A stretch of DNA of 64,000 nucleotides, taken from Yuukianura sp. NJ FZ-2021 (lineage: Eukaryota). The stretch spans positions 3,658,001 through 3,722,000 of the forward strand of contig CM102283.1 in NCBI GenBank assembly GCA_046563655.1, read 5' to 3'. The position numbers were made by a program, and so were the translations under genes. How positions within the stretch are numbered: position 1 is the first letter of the stretch; each line of letters begins with the position of its first letter. The notes under the pieces were generated by a model. The model ran no database searches, was not told the DNA's origin, and saw only the letters and a list, made by a program, of their open reading frames with translations. This document shows, piece after piece, positions 51,583-64,000 of the stretch.

Positions 51583-52174
51583 ACATCCGCCATAATACTT
51601 GATGCCGCACCGCCAGCATTTCAAACTTGGCTCCACGCTTTCCATTGCAATGTCCAATCAAAATGCATTTTACAAACAACTGTAATCAATTGCTTGTGAT
51701 TTCCTTATGATTTAATCGATTAATTCACTGATAAATATCGATGGCGGTGGAGGTTAAATAAACTTGATTATTTTCATACTGTCCACAGTCGTATAGTCCA
51801 AGTGTCTATGTCTAAAGTTCTTATCATTTACTGTTAATTGTTAATCCTATGCTCATCAATTAATCTACTAATCCCTATCTTAGTATCGTTGTATCTACCG
51901 TCAGATTATCAATTACTAATCGTCCCGCCTTATAAGCGAGGATTTACGGTATTCCAAGAAAAGGGAGAGTGACGGAGGACTTTTTTTTTGCTCTGTTGGC
52001 AACAAATTGTTGCCACTTTTGGAAGGCGACAGACAGGAGCAGCTGAGAAGAGACAAGTCAATTACTAATTGACGATTACTAATTAAGAATCTTAAGAGGC
52101 TGTTGAAGGCAACTAAGCTACTGAAGCATCCAGGTACGAGGGTACGACGTCCGACTAACGTCTTTCGATCAGAT

Positions 52175-54147
52175 ATGGCAAACAAAACTATTCGCAAAGC
52201 ATCTCATGCTGGCAGCTGGTACACCGCTTCCGGTAACATACTTGGCAGTACTTTGGGCTTATATTCGGCAAAACGGCCACTCGATTTTTTACGATTAAAA
52301 TATCATTTTATATCAACTCTTGGGTGTAGATTCTGAATCTGAAATCCGTTTTTGGCGGTCGCACCTCCTTCTTGGTAAGATTTATTAATTAAGATTCTAA
52401 TTAACGATGTGAATTTCACATAAAGAATGAGAATTCCAAGTGTAACCAATGGATACCAAGAATTGTAGTTTGTTATACCCCCGCGCCGAAGGCGCGAGTT
52501 AGGTTTGGTTAGCATATAACAGCAACAATTTCTAATCTCCATTGGTTACATAATAAAAAATCTCATTCTGTATGTAAAATCCTCATTAGAATCTTAATTA
52601 ATGAATCTTACCAAGAAGGAGGTGTGACCGCCAAAAACGGATTTCAGATTCGGAATCTACACCCAAAAGTTGATATAAAACGATATTTAAATCGTAAAAA
52701 ATCGAGTGGCCGTTTTGCCGAATTTGTTCCGTACTTTGAACTTTAATTATGACAAAGAAATTGACTAATTAAGTTTGGAATACTCGTTACAGTGAAGGAG
52801 TTGGACCAGCAGTTGGAAAATTGGCTATCACGAGCGGAGCTGAGTCATGGTCCGGCTCGAGCCATCATCGTTCCGTAAGTTCTGTCAATTGATAATCGAT
52901 TCACAGTTAGCACAAGGATTACCGAATGTCAATCTTTGTAGACATGCTGGCTACTCCTACTGCGGTGAAACGGGAGCCTACGCTTATCGTCAGGTATGGA
53001 CGATACCGTATCGTCATCAGATACTTGACATATTGAGATTAACGATTACTAATTAACTGATGATTTGTTTATCTAGGTGAGCCCAAGTGTTGTGAAGCGA
53101 GTATTCATTCTAGGTAATCTATGAAGTAAAAGTCATTGAAGTTGAAAGTTGACATGGATTTTGATTGATGACCTTTGACCTTAGGACCATCTCATCATGT
53201 CCGCCTTAGTGGATGCGCCTTGTCGTCACTCCAAAAGTACCAAGCACTCTTCTATGATCTGACGATTGACCAACAAGTTTATGCTGAACTGGAAGAGACT
53301 GGAGCCTTTGAACGGATGAATCAGGAGGTGGACGAGGACGAACACAGTTTAGAGATGACACTTCCCTATGTCGCAAAAATCATGGAAGAGTAATTGACTA
53401 AACATTCAATTAATCGATAAGTTAATCAACTAATTGAGTAATTTACATGGGTTTTATCTGTGACAGCTACAAGAACAATTTCCGGATTGTGCCTGTCATG
53501 GTGGGGTCGCTCACACCCGAAAAAGAGGCCAAGTACGGAGCAATCTTTGCCCAGTATCTGGCGGATCCAGCAAATCTGTAACTTTTTAAAAAGATGCTGA
53601 TGCTGTTCAAACAGCATCTCTTGTACTTTGAAAGACGATTGTTTCATTTTGTGTTACAGGTTTGTCATATCATCTGATTTCTGCCACTGGGGCAATCGTT
53701 TTCGGTACACTTACTTCGACCAGACCAAAGGCAGCATACATCAATCCATCCAGCATTTGGACAAAATGGTACATTTTTAGTTTCAAAAAACTTGAATTTT
53801 GATAATGTTTTGAAAATTTTGAAAAAAAATGTTAAGGGTATGGATATCATCGAAACGCTGAATCCAACGGCCTTCACGGACTACTTGAAAAAGTACGGCA
53901 ACACAATCTGTGGTCGCCATCCAATCGGAGTTCTTTTGAACGTAAGCTTTTCAAATTCAAAAAACAAAATTCTTAAATTCCTTCGTTCCAAATTTTCAAA
54001 ATTTTTGAACAGGCCGTGAAGTCGCTTCCAGAGTTCGAGCGGAAACGTTTGAATTTACGTTTCGTGAAATATGCTCAGTCCAACCAATGCGTCAATCACA
54101 ATGACTCTTCAGTCAGCTACGCCTCAGCTTCTCTCATCTCTCAATGA
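52175..54147 (+). CDS. MEMO1: Protein MEMO1
   Basis: [60 protein letters not shown]. Confidence 0.96.
52256..52730. mobile_element. Long-TIR (foldback-like) MITE in MEMO1 intron 1, GG..CC ends, 8-bp TSD
   Basis: TIR of about 140-190 bp (ATTCGGCAAAACGGCCACTCGATTTTTTACG... / ...CGTAAAAAATCGAGTGGCCGTTTTGCCGAAT); TSD GTACTTTG at 52248-52255 and 52731-52738. Confidence 0.9.
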
Positions 54148-54387
54148 TACCAAATTAAAAATCGATTTTAATCCACGGTAAGAATCGATTTTAATCGATG
54201 GTAAAAATTTTAATCGATCTTTTGTAAAAACCGATTTTGTAATCAAGTGACACTGTATTGTAATAATCTTTTTTCTAAAACTTTGTTGTGATTAGAACTA
54301 AATCATGAGAATCACTAACACTAACAACTGTATAAAGTTAGAATTAGAATTACTTCAAAAAAAGTAAAAATTTTTTGAAAAATGACG

Positions 54388-57300
54388 TTAATCGTCGTAA
54401 AAGTTAAATTTTTTGGCTGGATTCATCCTGGATCCGACTGGACATTGAAAAACTTTTGAAAATTCCTTGGAATTGGCAGCCGCGAGGTTGACCGAAATTG
54501 AATTAGGAATCGGTCCATAGTTTTTCATGTGCTTGAGTCTATTGACGGAGTAGGGCTCGCACGAACGCTGTTTCAAAATTTGGAAGTTCAGAATTTAAAA
54601 TTTTTCGAAAGTTTGAAACCGTTCTTGACACATACTGCTGCGCCTTGGATGAATAGTAGCTTTCGAGCATTGTACTTCTCCAGTCCACGCAGAACCATTT
54701 TTCCAGCGATTGGATTTTTCAAAATAATTTGTTCGTGAAGATCGTAAGTCAATTTGTAGGCCATTTGCAAACTGAGTTGGTCCGAGTACAGGTTATTCAC
54801 GTCTTTTTTCTAAAGGTCAAAGGTCAACTTCAAAATTTCCATTTTTTTTGAAATAGTCAAAAAAAAATCGAAATTTTGATTCGTACCAATGTGTTGTACA
54901 TTTCCGGTTTTCCTGGAACTTTCCAGAGACTGGAATCCGATTTTTGTGCAAATTCGATCACTTTTTTCAATTTTTCATCAAAGTAGTTTTCAATTGTGGA
55001 AATATTTATGCCCTGAGTGGAACTCATTGCAAGAACTGAAAGATCAAGAAATCAGATTCCGAAATTTTGCGTCAAAATTTTTTGAATTTTGAAACCTTGA
55101 AAAGTAATCGTACACATTCCTTCGCCAGTTGCAAATTCAACGACTTTCCGCATCGAATACCTTCCAATACCACCAAGGTCAAGAGCACTGACACAATTTT
55201 TTTAAATTTGAAAAATTGAAACCAAATTTTAGCAGATTTAAAAAAAATGACGGTATAAAAAAATTTTTTTTTATGATGTTGGAAATATTTACGGGAATTT
55301 GGTTCCAAAATACGGAAGTTCAAGGGTCCCAATTGGCATTGCTGCAAATGAAAACCACAAAAGTAATCGATTACTTTGGATTACGTCTCGATTAGAGCTG
55401 ATTGCAAGTAATCGATTACAGAAAAAGAAAAGTTTAGTACACAAAATTTGGATTACCCAAGATTTTTCGACCGCCTTGCCCCTCTTTGAAAAGTGGTCGA
55501 TTGATAGTAGCATGTTTGGTAAGGGAGTTGAGTTCCCTACAGCAAAACAAAATTTATAATTATAAAATTTATGTTATATAAAAATATAATATAATAAATT
55601 AATTATAAATTAAATGTAAAGACAAAATACCATTGAACGTGGAATTCAAATCCAGCCAGAAGAAGTTTCTCATGGACTTCTCTGAAATCTTGGAGTTGAG
55701 CAACATTCAAGAAGTGACTGTCTTCTAGCTAAAGTGGTAAGTAATTAAGTAATTACCAAATGAATTACTGCTGAATTACTTTAAATACTTTTTTTTACTT
55801 TCAAGTAGCGCAAGTAGCTGGGAGGTGTAACTTTAGCATCAAAAAATTTCTTGGGCCACTGCAGTTCAATTGCATTGAACGCCATTTTGCTCAAATTTCT
55901 TCTTTGTTCTTCACTTCCGGCCAATTCAAAACCCGCCAATTGCGGGAAATTGAATTTTGAACTCAATTGATCAATCACGAGAGGGAAACCGCCCTCCAGA
56001 GTCTCCAACTTAAAATATTTACATAACTTATATTAATATATTATTATATTATATTAAAATATTTTAATATATTTTAATAACGTCTTACGTATTGGGCATC
56101 CTCTGGAGGCACAGTGCGCATGTACAGTTCCTGTGCTCGGTTTGGCATCTTCTCGAACATGGTCGAAATACATGTCGCGATCCAGTCACTTTATAAAAAT
56201 TAATTATTTTATGTATAATAAGTACTAATTATTCAATTTATATTAATTACTAATTATATAAAATAGAAATATATTTTTACCAAAGGTAAACATCTCGAGT
56301 GATGGGCCAAAATATTTTGTCCAGAGTTTCGTCCAGGGTGTGGCCATATTGTTTCAACAGGTTCCATTGGAGGAATCGCACTTCAAAACAAAAAAAATAA
56401 TTTCGAAATTTCAAAAAAAATAACAATTTCCAAATTTTGAACTTTTTTTTCAAAAAAGTAAATTTACCCATCATGTTGTAGTCAGTGAAGAGATAGTCGA
56501 GAGCAATAAAGAAAGAGTCTGGTAGCAATATCTCGTAGTACAACGCCCTCGGAAACCACGGACCAATCACAAGGTTCAAAATTTCTTCAAACAGAAATGC
56601 CGTTTCCTCTTGATTCTAAATTTTTGAAATTTTCAGCTAAAAAATGCATTTTTTTTTCAAAATTTCTTACTTTCGATGCCACTTTGTTGTAGATGTTTTG
56701 ATCTTTGAGGAAATCCGACCACTTTAGAGCTCGAACCTTCACGATTTCTGTTGGAAATTTCATATCCAAAGTGCCGGTTGGCACGCGGTAGTTGCACAAC
56801 TCTGAAAGTTTTCCGGTGGCGTCATTTCTGTCCCACAACGGTGGTCCCACTTCTCCATTCTCCGAGTATGGCAACAAGTTGAGTTCTGCGCAGATGAAGA
56901 GCTTAGCATAAGCATCGATGCTGGCAGCATCCCCCCAAGTAGTTTTGTAATGCTTTGACCTTGACCCGAGGTCACTCAAGTAGGTCAGAGCATTTTTGAC
57001 GACAGACAAGTACGTGTCAAATCCAAAAGTGAAAATGCTGTGAGGCGAAGAAATGTTGTTGAGAGTGGCCTTCAAAAACAGATTTTCAAAACATTTTGTA
57101 TTTTGAAGAAGTGGCAAAGTTGAATCTTACAAAGAAATAAGTTTGTTCCTTGTTGATATGGAGTGTGATCAATTTTGGAGTGAGGAGGTCATTGACCCTG
57201 GAGAAGGCACGCGGGAGGTCACAGTAAACCGGAGTTTTTAAACGTAGGTTATTAGTACAGTGTTTTTCAGCCTCATGGATACCGTGGAACTTCAACAACC

Positions 57301-58621
57301 AAAAATACGGATCCAACTTTTCCGTATTTCGACGTTCTAAAGAAAATTAAAATTTTTGAAAATTTTGAAAATTGAGCATTTTTTAGATTTAGAAAAATAT
57401 TTACGGATGTCCATGCAGGTTTTGTGAAAGGGCAAAATCCAGGGGTCATTTTGACGCAACATTTTTCCTGAAGAGTGCAAAAATCCAAAGTTAAAAATTC
57501 AGAAATTTTTCACAAGGTAAAATTCAAGGTGAAAAGTTAAAATTCAAGTTGAAAAGTGAAAATTGAAATTTTTTACCGATGGTCTGACTGCTTGAGAAAT
57601 CGTAGTAAATTTGTCCCTTGGTGATGAGTACCCAGTCCTCGTCAGGATCATTCCCCTTGTCAGCAATTTCAGTTTCCCATAGTTTTCCGCATGTGAAGAG
57701 GAAGAAGTCTTGACAGGGGTCAATGACCTCGTTCATTTTGGACAAAAGGTCAGAGGCCACCACTTTACACGCAGCAGAGTCACAGAGATACGCATTCTGC
57801 TGCGGCGCAGGCGTCAGAATCCACCCCATTCCAGCCACAAAGTGCGCAGTCGCAAACACTACCATCAGCAGCAGCAGCAGTACCATCCGCTTATGTGCTT
57901 GGGTCGACTGCTTCACCCACCACCTTCAATGGCAAAGGTTAAAACCTGGTTAAAACTTCGGTTGAAACTAAAAGTCAAGGTTAAAACTGCTGCTAAAACA
58001 AAAAGTCAGGGTTGAAACTGCGATTAGAACAAAAGTTAATGCAAAAATCCCGGTTAAAACAGAAAGTCAATGTTAAAATTGTGTTAAAACCAAAAGTGAG
58101 GGTTAAAACTGACTTTTCCAAAGTGTCTTCATCCAAGTCCGTTCTACGAGAAATGTCCAGTTCGCTTGTAATTTCTTCTGATCGTTTGAGGACACTTCCA
58201 CTTCCAGCCGACACGCTGTCACTGTCCGAGTCGTTTGTCAACTCAGGAGAGTCCATTCTAAAAGTACTGCCGCTGGAAATCGCTGATGCTGCCAAATCGC
58301 TGTCGAGTGAGCGCGTAGGAGAACGAAGTTTGACTCTTCTGCTGCTTCTGAGTCTTCTGTGGTAAACGTCGTTCAAGGCTGCCTTCCACCGCGGAATATT
58401 TGAACTCCGAAGGTTTTGTTCAGTATCATCCTACAAAAATTAAAATTTCGAAATTTGTAAATTTTTCAAAATCTAAAAAAAAAACAATTCGGTATTACAA
58501 TTTCGCCGGTGGATACTTGTACCGAATCCGAATCGTTTATCCATGCAGCAACACGGCCTGAAACACTTCCGTCTTCACTCGGTAATGCAAATGACACTGA
58601 ACTACTTCGACCTGAAGCCAT
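54388..58621 (-). CDS. Neprilysin/M13-like type II membrane protein, paralog 1 (no HExxH)
   Basis: Ser-rich cytoplasmic tail, TM helix, CDSAACKVVASDLLSKMNEVIDPCQDFFLFTCG; PIGTLELPYF; LLFIQGAA..C; NSKEFSKVFQCPVGSRMNP. Confidence 0.85.
57930..58110. repeat. Degenerate roughly 32-bp intronic tandem repeat (GTTAAAAC...AAAAGTC)
   Basis: Recurrent ggttaaaac/caaaaagtca units in the intron before the TM exon of paralog 1. Confidence 0.6.
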
Positions 58622-58862
58622 TTTCAAAATTTTTTCGAAAAATTTTCAAAAAAAAAGTTTTCAAAAAATTTAAAGTAATAGAGTTGCAGTTGTGAAAGTG
58701 TTTTGAAACGAGACCACTTTTTACGTTTGAAAAAGTTTACCGAAACTTTTAGCAAAGTGGAACAGTTTTTTTTAATCCAAGTGTCGCCATGGTAACAGTA
58801 CTTTCTTGATTTTTTTTTTGAAATCGTGCATACTTTTTTTTTCGTAATTTCTTTTTCGAAAG

Positions 58863-61800
58863 TTAGTCGTCGTAAAAGTTAAATTTTTTGGTTGGATTCA
58901 TTCTGGATCCCGCTTTACATCCAAAAACTTTTGAAAATTCTTTTGAATTGGCCGCCATCAAATTGACTGAAACTGGGCCTGGAAGGGGTCCATAACTCTT
59001 CATGTGCTTTAATGTGTTTGGAGAATAGTCTCCGCACAAGCGCTGTTCAAATTTTCAAAAAAAGTTCAAAATTTCAAAAAAGTTCAAAATTTTTGAAATT
59101 TGGTTTCATCTTACTGCAGCACTGCTGATGAACAGTAATTTTCTGGCATTGTACTTTTCTAGTCCAGGCAGAACAAATTTTCCAGCGATTTCGTTTTGTG
59201 AAATAATTTTTTCATGCAGTTTGTAACTCAATTTGACCGCTAACTGCAAACCGAGCTGCTCAGAGTACAGGTTGTTTACATCCGTAGTCTACAGGTCAAA
59301 GGTCAACTTCAAAATTTTCATTTTTGAAATAAATTTTTGAAAAAAAAAATTGAAATTTTGAGCAAAATTTTGATTTAAAGGTACCAATGTGTTGTACATT
59401 TCCGGCTTTCCTGGAATTTTCCAGAGACTGCGATCCGATTTTTGTGCAAATTCCATCACTTTTTTCAACTTTTCCGCCAAGTAATTTTCAATTGTGGAAG
59501 TATTTGTGCCTGGGGTGGAACTAATTGCACGAGCTGAAATTCAAAATCAAAAAATCACATTTTGAAATTTTGTGTCAAAATTTTTTGAATTTTGAACTTT
59601 AGAAGAGTAAACATACCCATTCCTTTGCCAGTTGCATGGTCAATGGCTACACGCATCGCGTATCTCCCAACACCACCAATATCAAGCGCCCTAAAATTTG
59701 AAATTGAAACAATTTTTTAATTTTAAGAATGTTTTATTTTCATTTTTCGCAATTTTTAAAAAATATTTACGGGAATTTGGTTCCAAAGTACGGAGGTTCA
59801 TAGGTTCCCAATGGCATCACTGGAATTATTAGTAATCACAAGTAATCGATTACTTGATTACACCGAAGTACTCGGCAACTTAAAGTAATCCATTCACAAG
59901 TAATATATTTCTTGCGAATCAATAACTAAGTTACCATTTACTTCGGAGTAATCAAGTAATCGATTACACTGAGGTGCCGATTACTTTGGATTACAATTAA
60001 TATGGATTCTTGATTACCGAGAGACAACTTTTTAGGATTTTTTCCAAGGTTTTGAAAAACTGGCCGATTGATGTTGGCCAATTTGATTATAGAGTTGGCT
60101 TCCCTGTGATTGGTCAAATTTTAAAAACTATTTAAAATATTTATAAATTAATTCAAATACATTAATTAAACTAATTATAAAACTAATTAAACTAAAATTA
60201 GCAACAAATTACCATTGGATATCCGTTTCGAATCTGAGCAGAAGCATTTTTTGGTGAATTTCGAGAAAATCCTTGAGTTTGATGACATTGAAGAAATGAG
60301 TGTTTTCGAGACCCAACTAAAACATAAATTAATTAATTAATTACATTAATATCAATTAATAGTTTTCTCACGGTTAAGGAGCGTAGATTGCTAGTTGGCA
60401 AGAAATTTGATTGGTCAGAATCGTAAATTTTCTTTGGCCAAGTGAGTTCCAGCGTATCGAAAGCCATTTTGGTCAAATTTCGTCTTTGTTCTGCACTTCC
60501 CGCAAATTTCGAATCCACAAATTTGGGAAAGTTGAATTTCGGACTCAATTTGTCAATCTCTGGGTAATAACTTTTAATCAGAGTGTCAATCTGTGGATAA
60601 CATAACATATAATTAATTAACTTATTTAATTAATTAGTTATTTTATTTAATTAATATATTTCATTACGTGTTCGATGTCTTCGGGAGGAACACTGCGCAT
60701 GTACAGTTCTTGTGCCCTCATCGGTAATCTTTCGAACATGGTCCAAATACACGCCGAGATCCAGTTGCTAATTATTTAAATAATGAGTTAAACAATTAAA
60801 TAATTTAATTAATTAATTGAAACAATTCAATTAATTATAATTAAATAAGTTATGTTTTTACCAATCAAAGAGGTGGCGCGTGATTGGCCAAAAGATTCTG
60901 TCCAAATTTTCATCCAAAGTGTGACCATAGCTTCTCAAAAGCTTCCATTGCAAAAATCTCACTTTTTATTAGACAAAAAATTGTACAAAATTTTTTGAAA
61001 TTTTTCATTTTTTTTTTAGTTTTTCAAAATTTTATACGTACCCATCATATTGTAGTCATTAAAAAGCAAGTCAACTGAAACTTCATCATCGTTTTCAATT
61101 GGGCGTTGAAAACTCCAAGGATTAGGCACCCAAGCTCCAATCAACTCTTCCACCATCTCTTCAAATTTAAAATGATCTTGTACCGCATTCTGAAAAAAAT
61201 TAAAATTTTCAAAATAAAAATTTAAATTTTTTGAACTTTTTCAAAAATGTTCACTTTTGATGCAATCCTGTTGTAGATGCTTTGGTCTTTGAGGAAATCT
61301 GACCATTTGAGTGCTGGAATTGTTCCGTTTTCAATGTACAGAACTCCAGAAGCATTTCGGTAGTTGCACAACTCTGAAAGTTTTCCGGTGGCGTCGTTTC
61401 TGTCCCACAATGGTGGTCCCACTTCTCCATTCTCAGAGTATGGCAACAAATTGAGTTGTGCGCAGATGAAGAGCTTAGCATAAGCATCGATGCTGGCAGC
61501 ATCTCCCCAAGTAGTTTTGTACTCCTTTGACCTTGACCCGAGGTCACTCAAGTAGGTCAGAGCATTTTTGACCACAGACAAGTACGTGTCAAATCCAAAA
61601 ATAAAGACGCTGTGAGGTGTGGAGTCGTTGCGAAGTGTGACCTTAAAAAATTGAAAAAATCAAGGTGCCTTGACAACAAATTGTATTTCCTACAACAGGT
61701 TGTCCAATAACTCGGAGTTTCCAAAAATCTTCCTGCAGACAATTTTTCCTCTAATTTCTATTAAATTACATACAAGTTATAACCATAGAACCCCACGGCA

Positions 61801-63700
61801 ATAAGTTTTGCAAATTATTTGAGAAAATTATAAAAATTATTTGAGTTATTGGACAACCAGGTGTAGAATAAACAATTTGTTTGCTGACGAACCTTGGAAA
61901 AAATGATGAAAAGTTAACTTTTGAAAGAAAAAAACTTACGGTGTACAATTCATAATCGAAGTCGACGTCGAGTTTGATTAGTTTTTCAGGAAGAAGGTCA
62001 TTGACCTTGTAGAAAATGCGCGGCAGGTCACAGTAGGTCACGTTTGGAGTTGCTTGGTATGGGTAAATAGTGCACCGTTTCTCAGCATCATGCAACCCAT
62101 AGAAACGTAGCAAACGAAAATAGGGGTCCATTTTTTCAGAATTTCGACGTTCTGTTCAAAAGAAAAATTTAAAATTTTTAAATTTTTAAAACTCAAACGG
62201 TTTTTGAACGTTTTGTACCGATGTCCATGCAGGCTTTATGGAAAGTCGAAATGAGTCGGTCATTCTGTCGCAACATTTTTCCTAAAAAGTCCAAAAACGA
62301 TCCAAAGTTAAAAATTCAGGAATTTTTCACAGGTTGAAATTCAAGTTGAAAGTTAAAACTCAAGTTGAAAAGTTGAAATTGAAGCTTTGTGTACCGATGG
62401 TTTGACTGCTTGAGAAATCGTAGTAAATGTGTCCCGCTGTGACGAGTGCCCAGTCGTCGTCGGGGTCATTCCCCTTTTGAGCCATTGAACTTTCCCATTG
62501 TTTTCCGCAAGTGAAGAGGAAGAAGTCGTTACAGGGGTCAATGACCTCGTTCATTTTGGCCAAAAGGTCAGAGGCCACCACTTTACACGCAGCAGAGTCA
62601 CAGAGATACGCATTCTGCTGCGGCGCAGGCGTCAGAAGCCATCCGACTCCAGCCACAAAGTGCGCAGTCGCAAACACCACCAGCATGAAAAGTAGCAGCA
62701 CAATCCGCTTGTGCCCAGGCGTAGACTGCTTTACCCACCACCTTCAAATTCAAAGTTAAAACCAGGATAAAACGTCGGTCAAAACAGAAAGTCAAAGTTA
62801 AAACTTTGGTGAAAGCAAAAAGTCATAGTTAAAACGTCGCTGGAAACAAAAGGTCAAAGTGAAAAATTCAGTTAAAACAAAAGGTCAAGGGGGAACTTTT
62901 AGATAAAAACAAAAAGGCGCCGTTTATATTTCATTTAAAACAAAAAGTCGCCGTTTATATTTCATTTAAAACAAAAAGTCACCGTTAAAACTAATGTTAA
63001 AACAAAAAGTCACAGTTAAAACTTCAGTTAAAACAAAAAGTCAAGGGGGAAATTTCAGATAAAAACAAAAAGTCGCCGTTTATATTTCATTTAAAACAAA
63101 AAGTGACCGTTTAAAACTAATGTTAAAACAAAAAGTGAAAGTTAAAACCCACTTTTCCAGAGTGTCTTCATCCAGATCCGTCCTTCGTGAAATGTCCAGT
63201 TCGCTTGTGATTTCCTCTGACCTTTTGACCACACTATCGTGGGTGATTGACATGCTGTCGCTGTCGGAGGAGTCCTCTGCCCAATCAAATGAGCCAATGA
63301 TCATGCCACTGCTGGGACTTGCGAGTTGGGCGACATTGGCTTCTGAGTCGCTGTTTCTCGGTGAGTGGTGTCTGTGGTGATGTCGCTTCGGCACCGCCGT
63401 GCTTTTCCGTCGATGGAACACTTCGTTCAGAGCTCGTTTCCATTGCGGCACTTTTGCAATTCTGTCCGACTTGTCCGTCGAAGATGAGCGTTTCTACACA
63501 AATCCTTCTTGAGTTAAAACTTTTTTGAGTTAAAAGTTAAAACTTGTGAGTTAAATGTTAAAAGTTTTTTTTACTATTTCTGGGCGTGACTCTTTTCTCG
63601 GACTCGGACTTGTTTTTGCAACCCAAGCGGCCACATCTTCTACTGAACGGCTTTCTGCCTTAGGCAATGAAAATATAACACGATTAGCGGCTGCCTTCAT
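58863..63700 (-). CDS. Neprilysin/M13-like type II membrane protein, paralog 2 (no HExxH)
   Basis: Same exon layout as paralog 1; CDSAACKVVASDLLAKMNEVIDPCNDFFLFTCG; PLGTYEPPYF; NSKEFSKVFGCKAGSRMNP. Confidence 0.85.
62745..63150. repeat. Expanded copy of the same degenerate intronic repeat in paralog 2
   Basis: aaaacaaaaagtc(a/g)ccgtt units, including duplicated blocks at 62870-63000 and 63030-63140. Confidence 0.7.
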
Positions 63701-64000
63701 TTTGGAAATTCAAAAAAAAATGTTTTGAAAACTGAATTTTTTTTTATAATCCTAGGAATTTCGATTGTTGTTGTTTAAAACTTGAAATTTGAAAAGAACA
63801 AAACATTTGTTGTCATGTTTAGGTTCGATTTATTTTGATTTTGGGAAAATCACACATACACTTTTTGCAAGAAATTTTAATACATTGCCCATAACCTAAA
63901 TTACGACAATTCTTGCAGCATCTATGAATAGTCCAGCATATTTGTCGTTTTTCAATTTTGAATCCCTGTTTTTCCAAAACATCTGTCAGTTTTTCGGATT

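Noticed and set aside
57710-58365. Plus-strand Lys/Val-rich ORFs (KVKVK...)
   Set aside because: Antisense to the neprilysin-like gene and derived from its intronic tandem repeat

Overview
Gene-dense, AT-rich eukaryotic DNA with many short (about 55-100 nt) GT-AG introns. It is probably an arthropod: it carries an eclosion-hormone-like peptide gene and short TTAGG tracts, and a small crustacean is my inference only. I reconstructed the gene models by hand from splice signals, so internal exon boundaries are unverified. In order, the window contains: an intron-containing tRNA-Thr(UGU); an 8-exon gene fusing a RING-H2-like finger to a complete Rab8/10-like GTPase; a convergent CYLD-like gene lacking its catalytic Cys and His; ARPC1, UBC9 and XPF/ERCC4; a roughly 13 kb repeat block in which a 44-bp satellite of about 232 copies lies inside a hAT-type element with TIRs and a TSD; VPS45, UMAD1, two DCXR-like SDRs, EEF2KMT, an IPP-like Kelch gene, SRP14 and an EH-like neuropeptide; MTIF2 with a same-strand nested intronless KDEL protein gene; SRPRA, MEMO1, and two tandem neprilysin-like genes lacking HExxH. 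The most interesting items are the RING-Rab fusion next to the pseudo-CYLD, the satellite carried inside a DNA transposon, and the nested ER-resident orphan gene.
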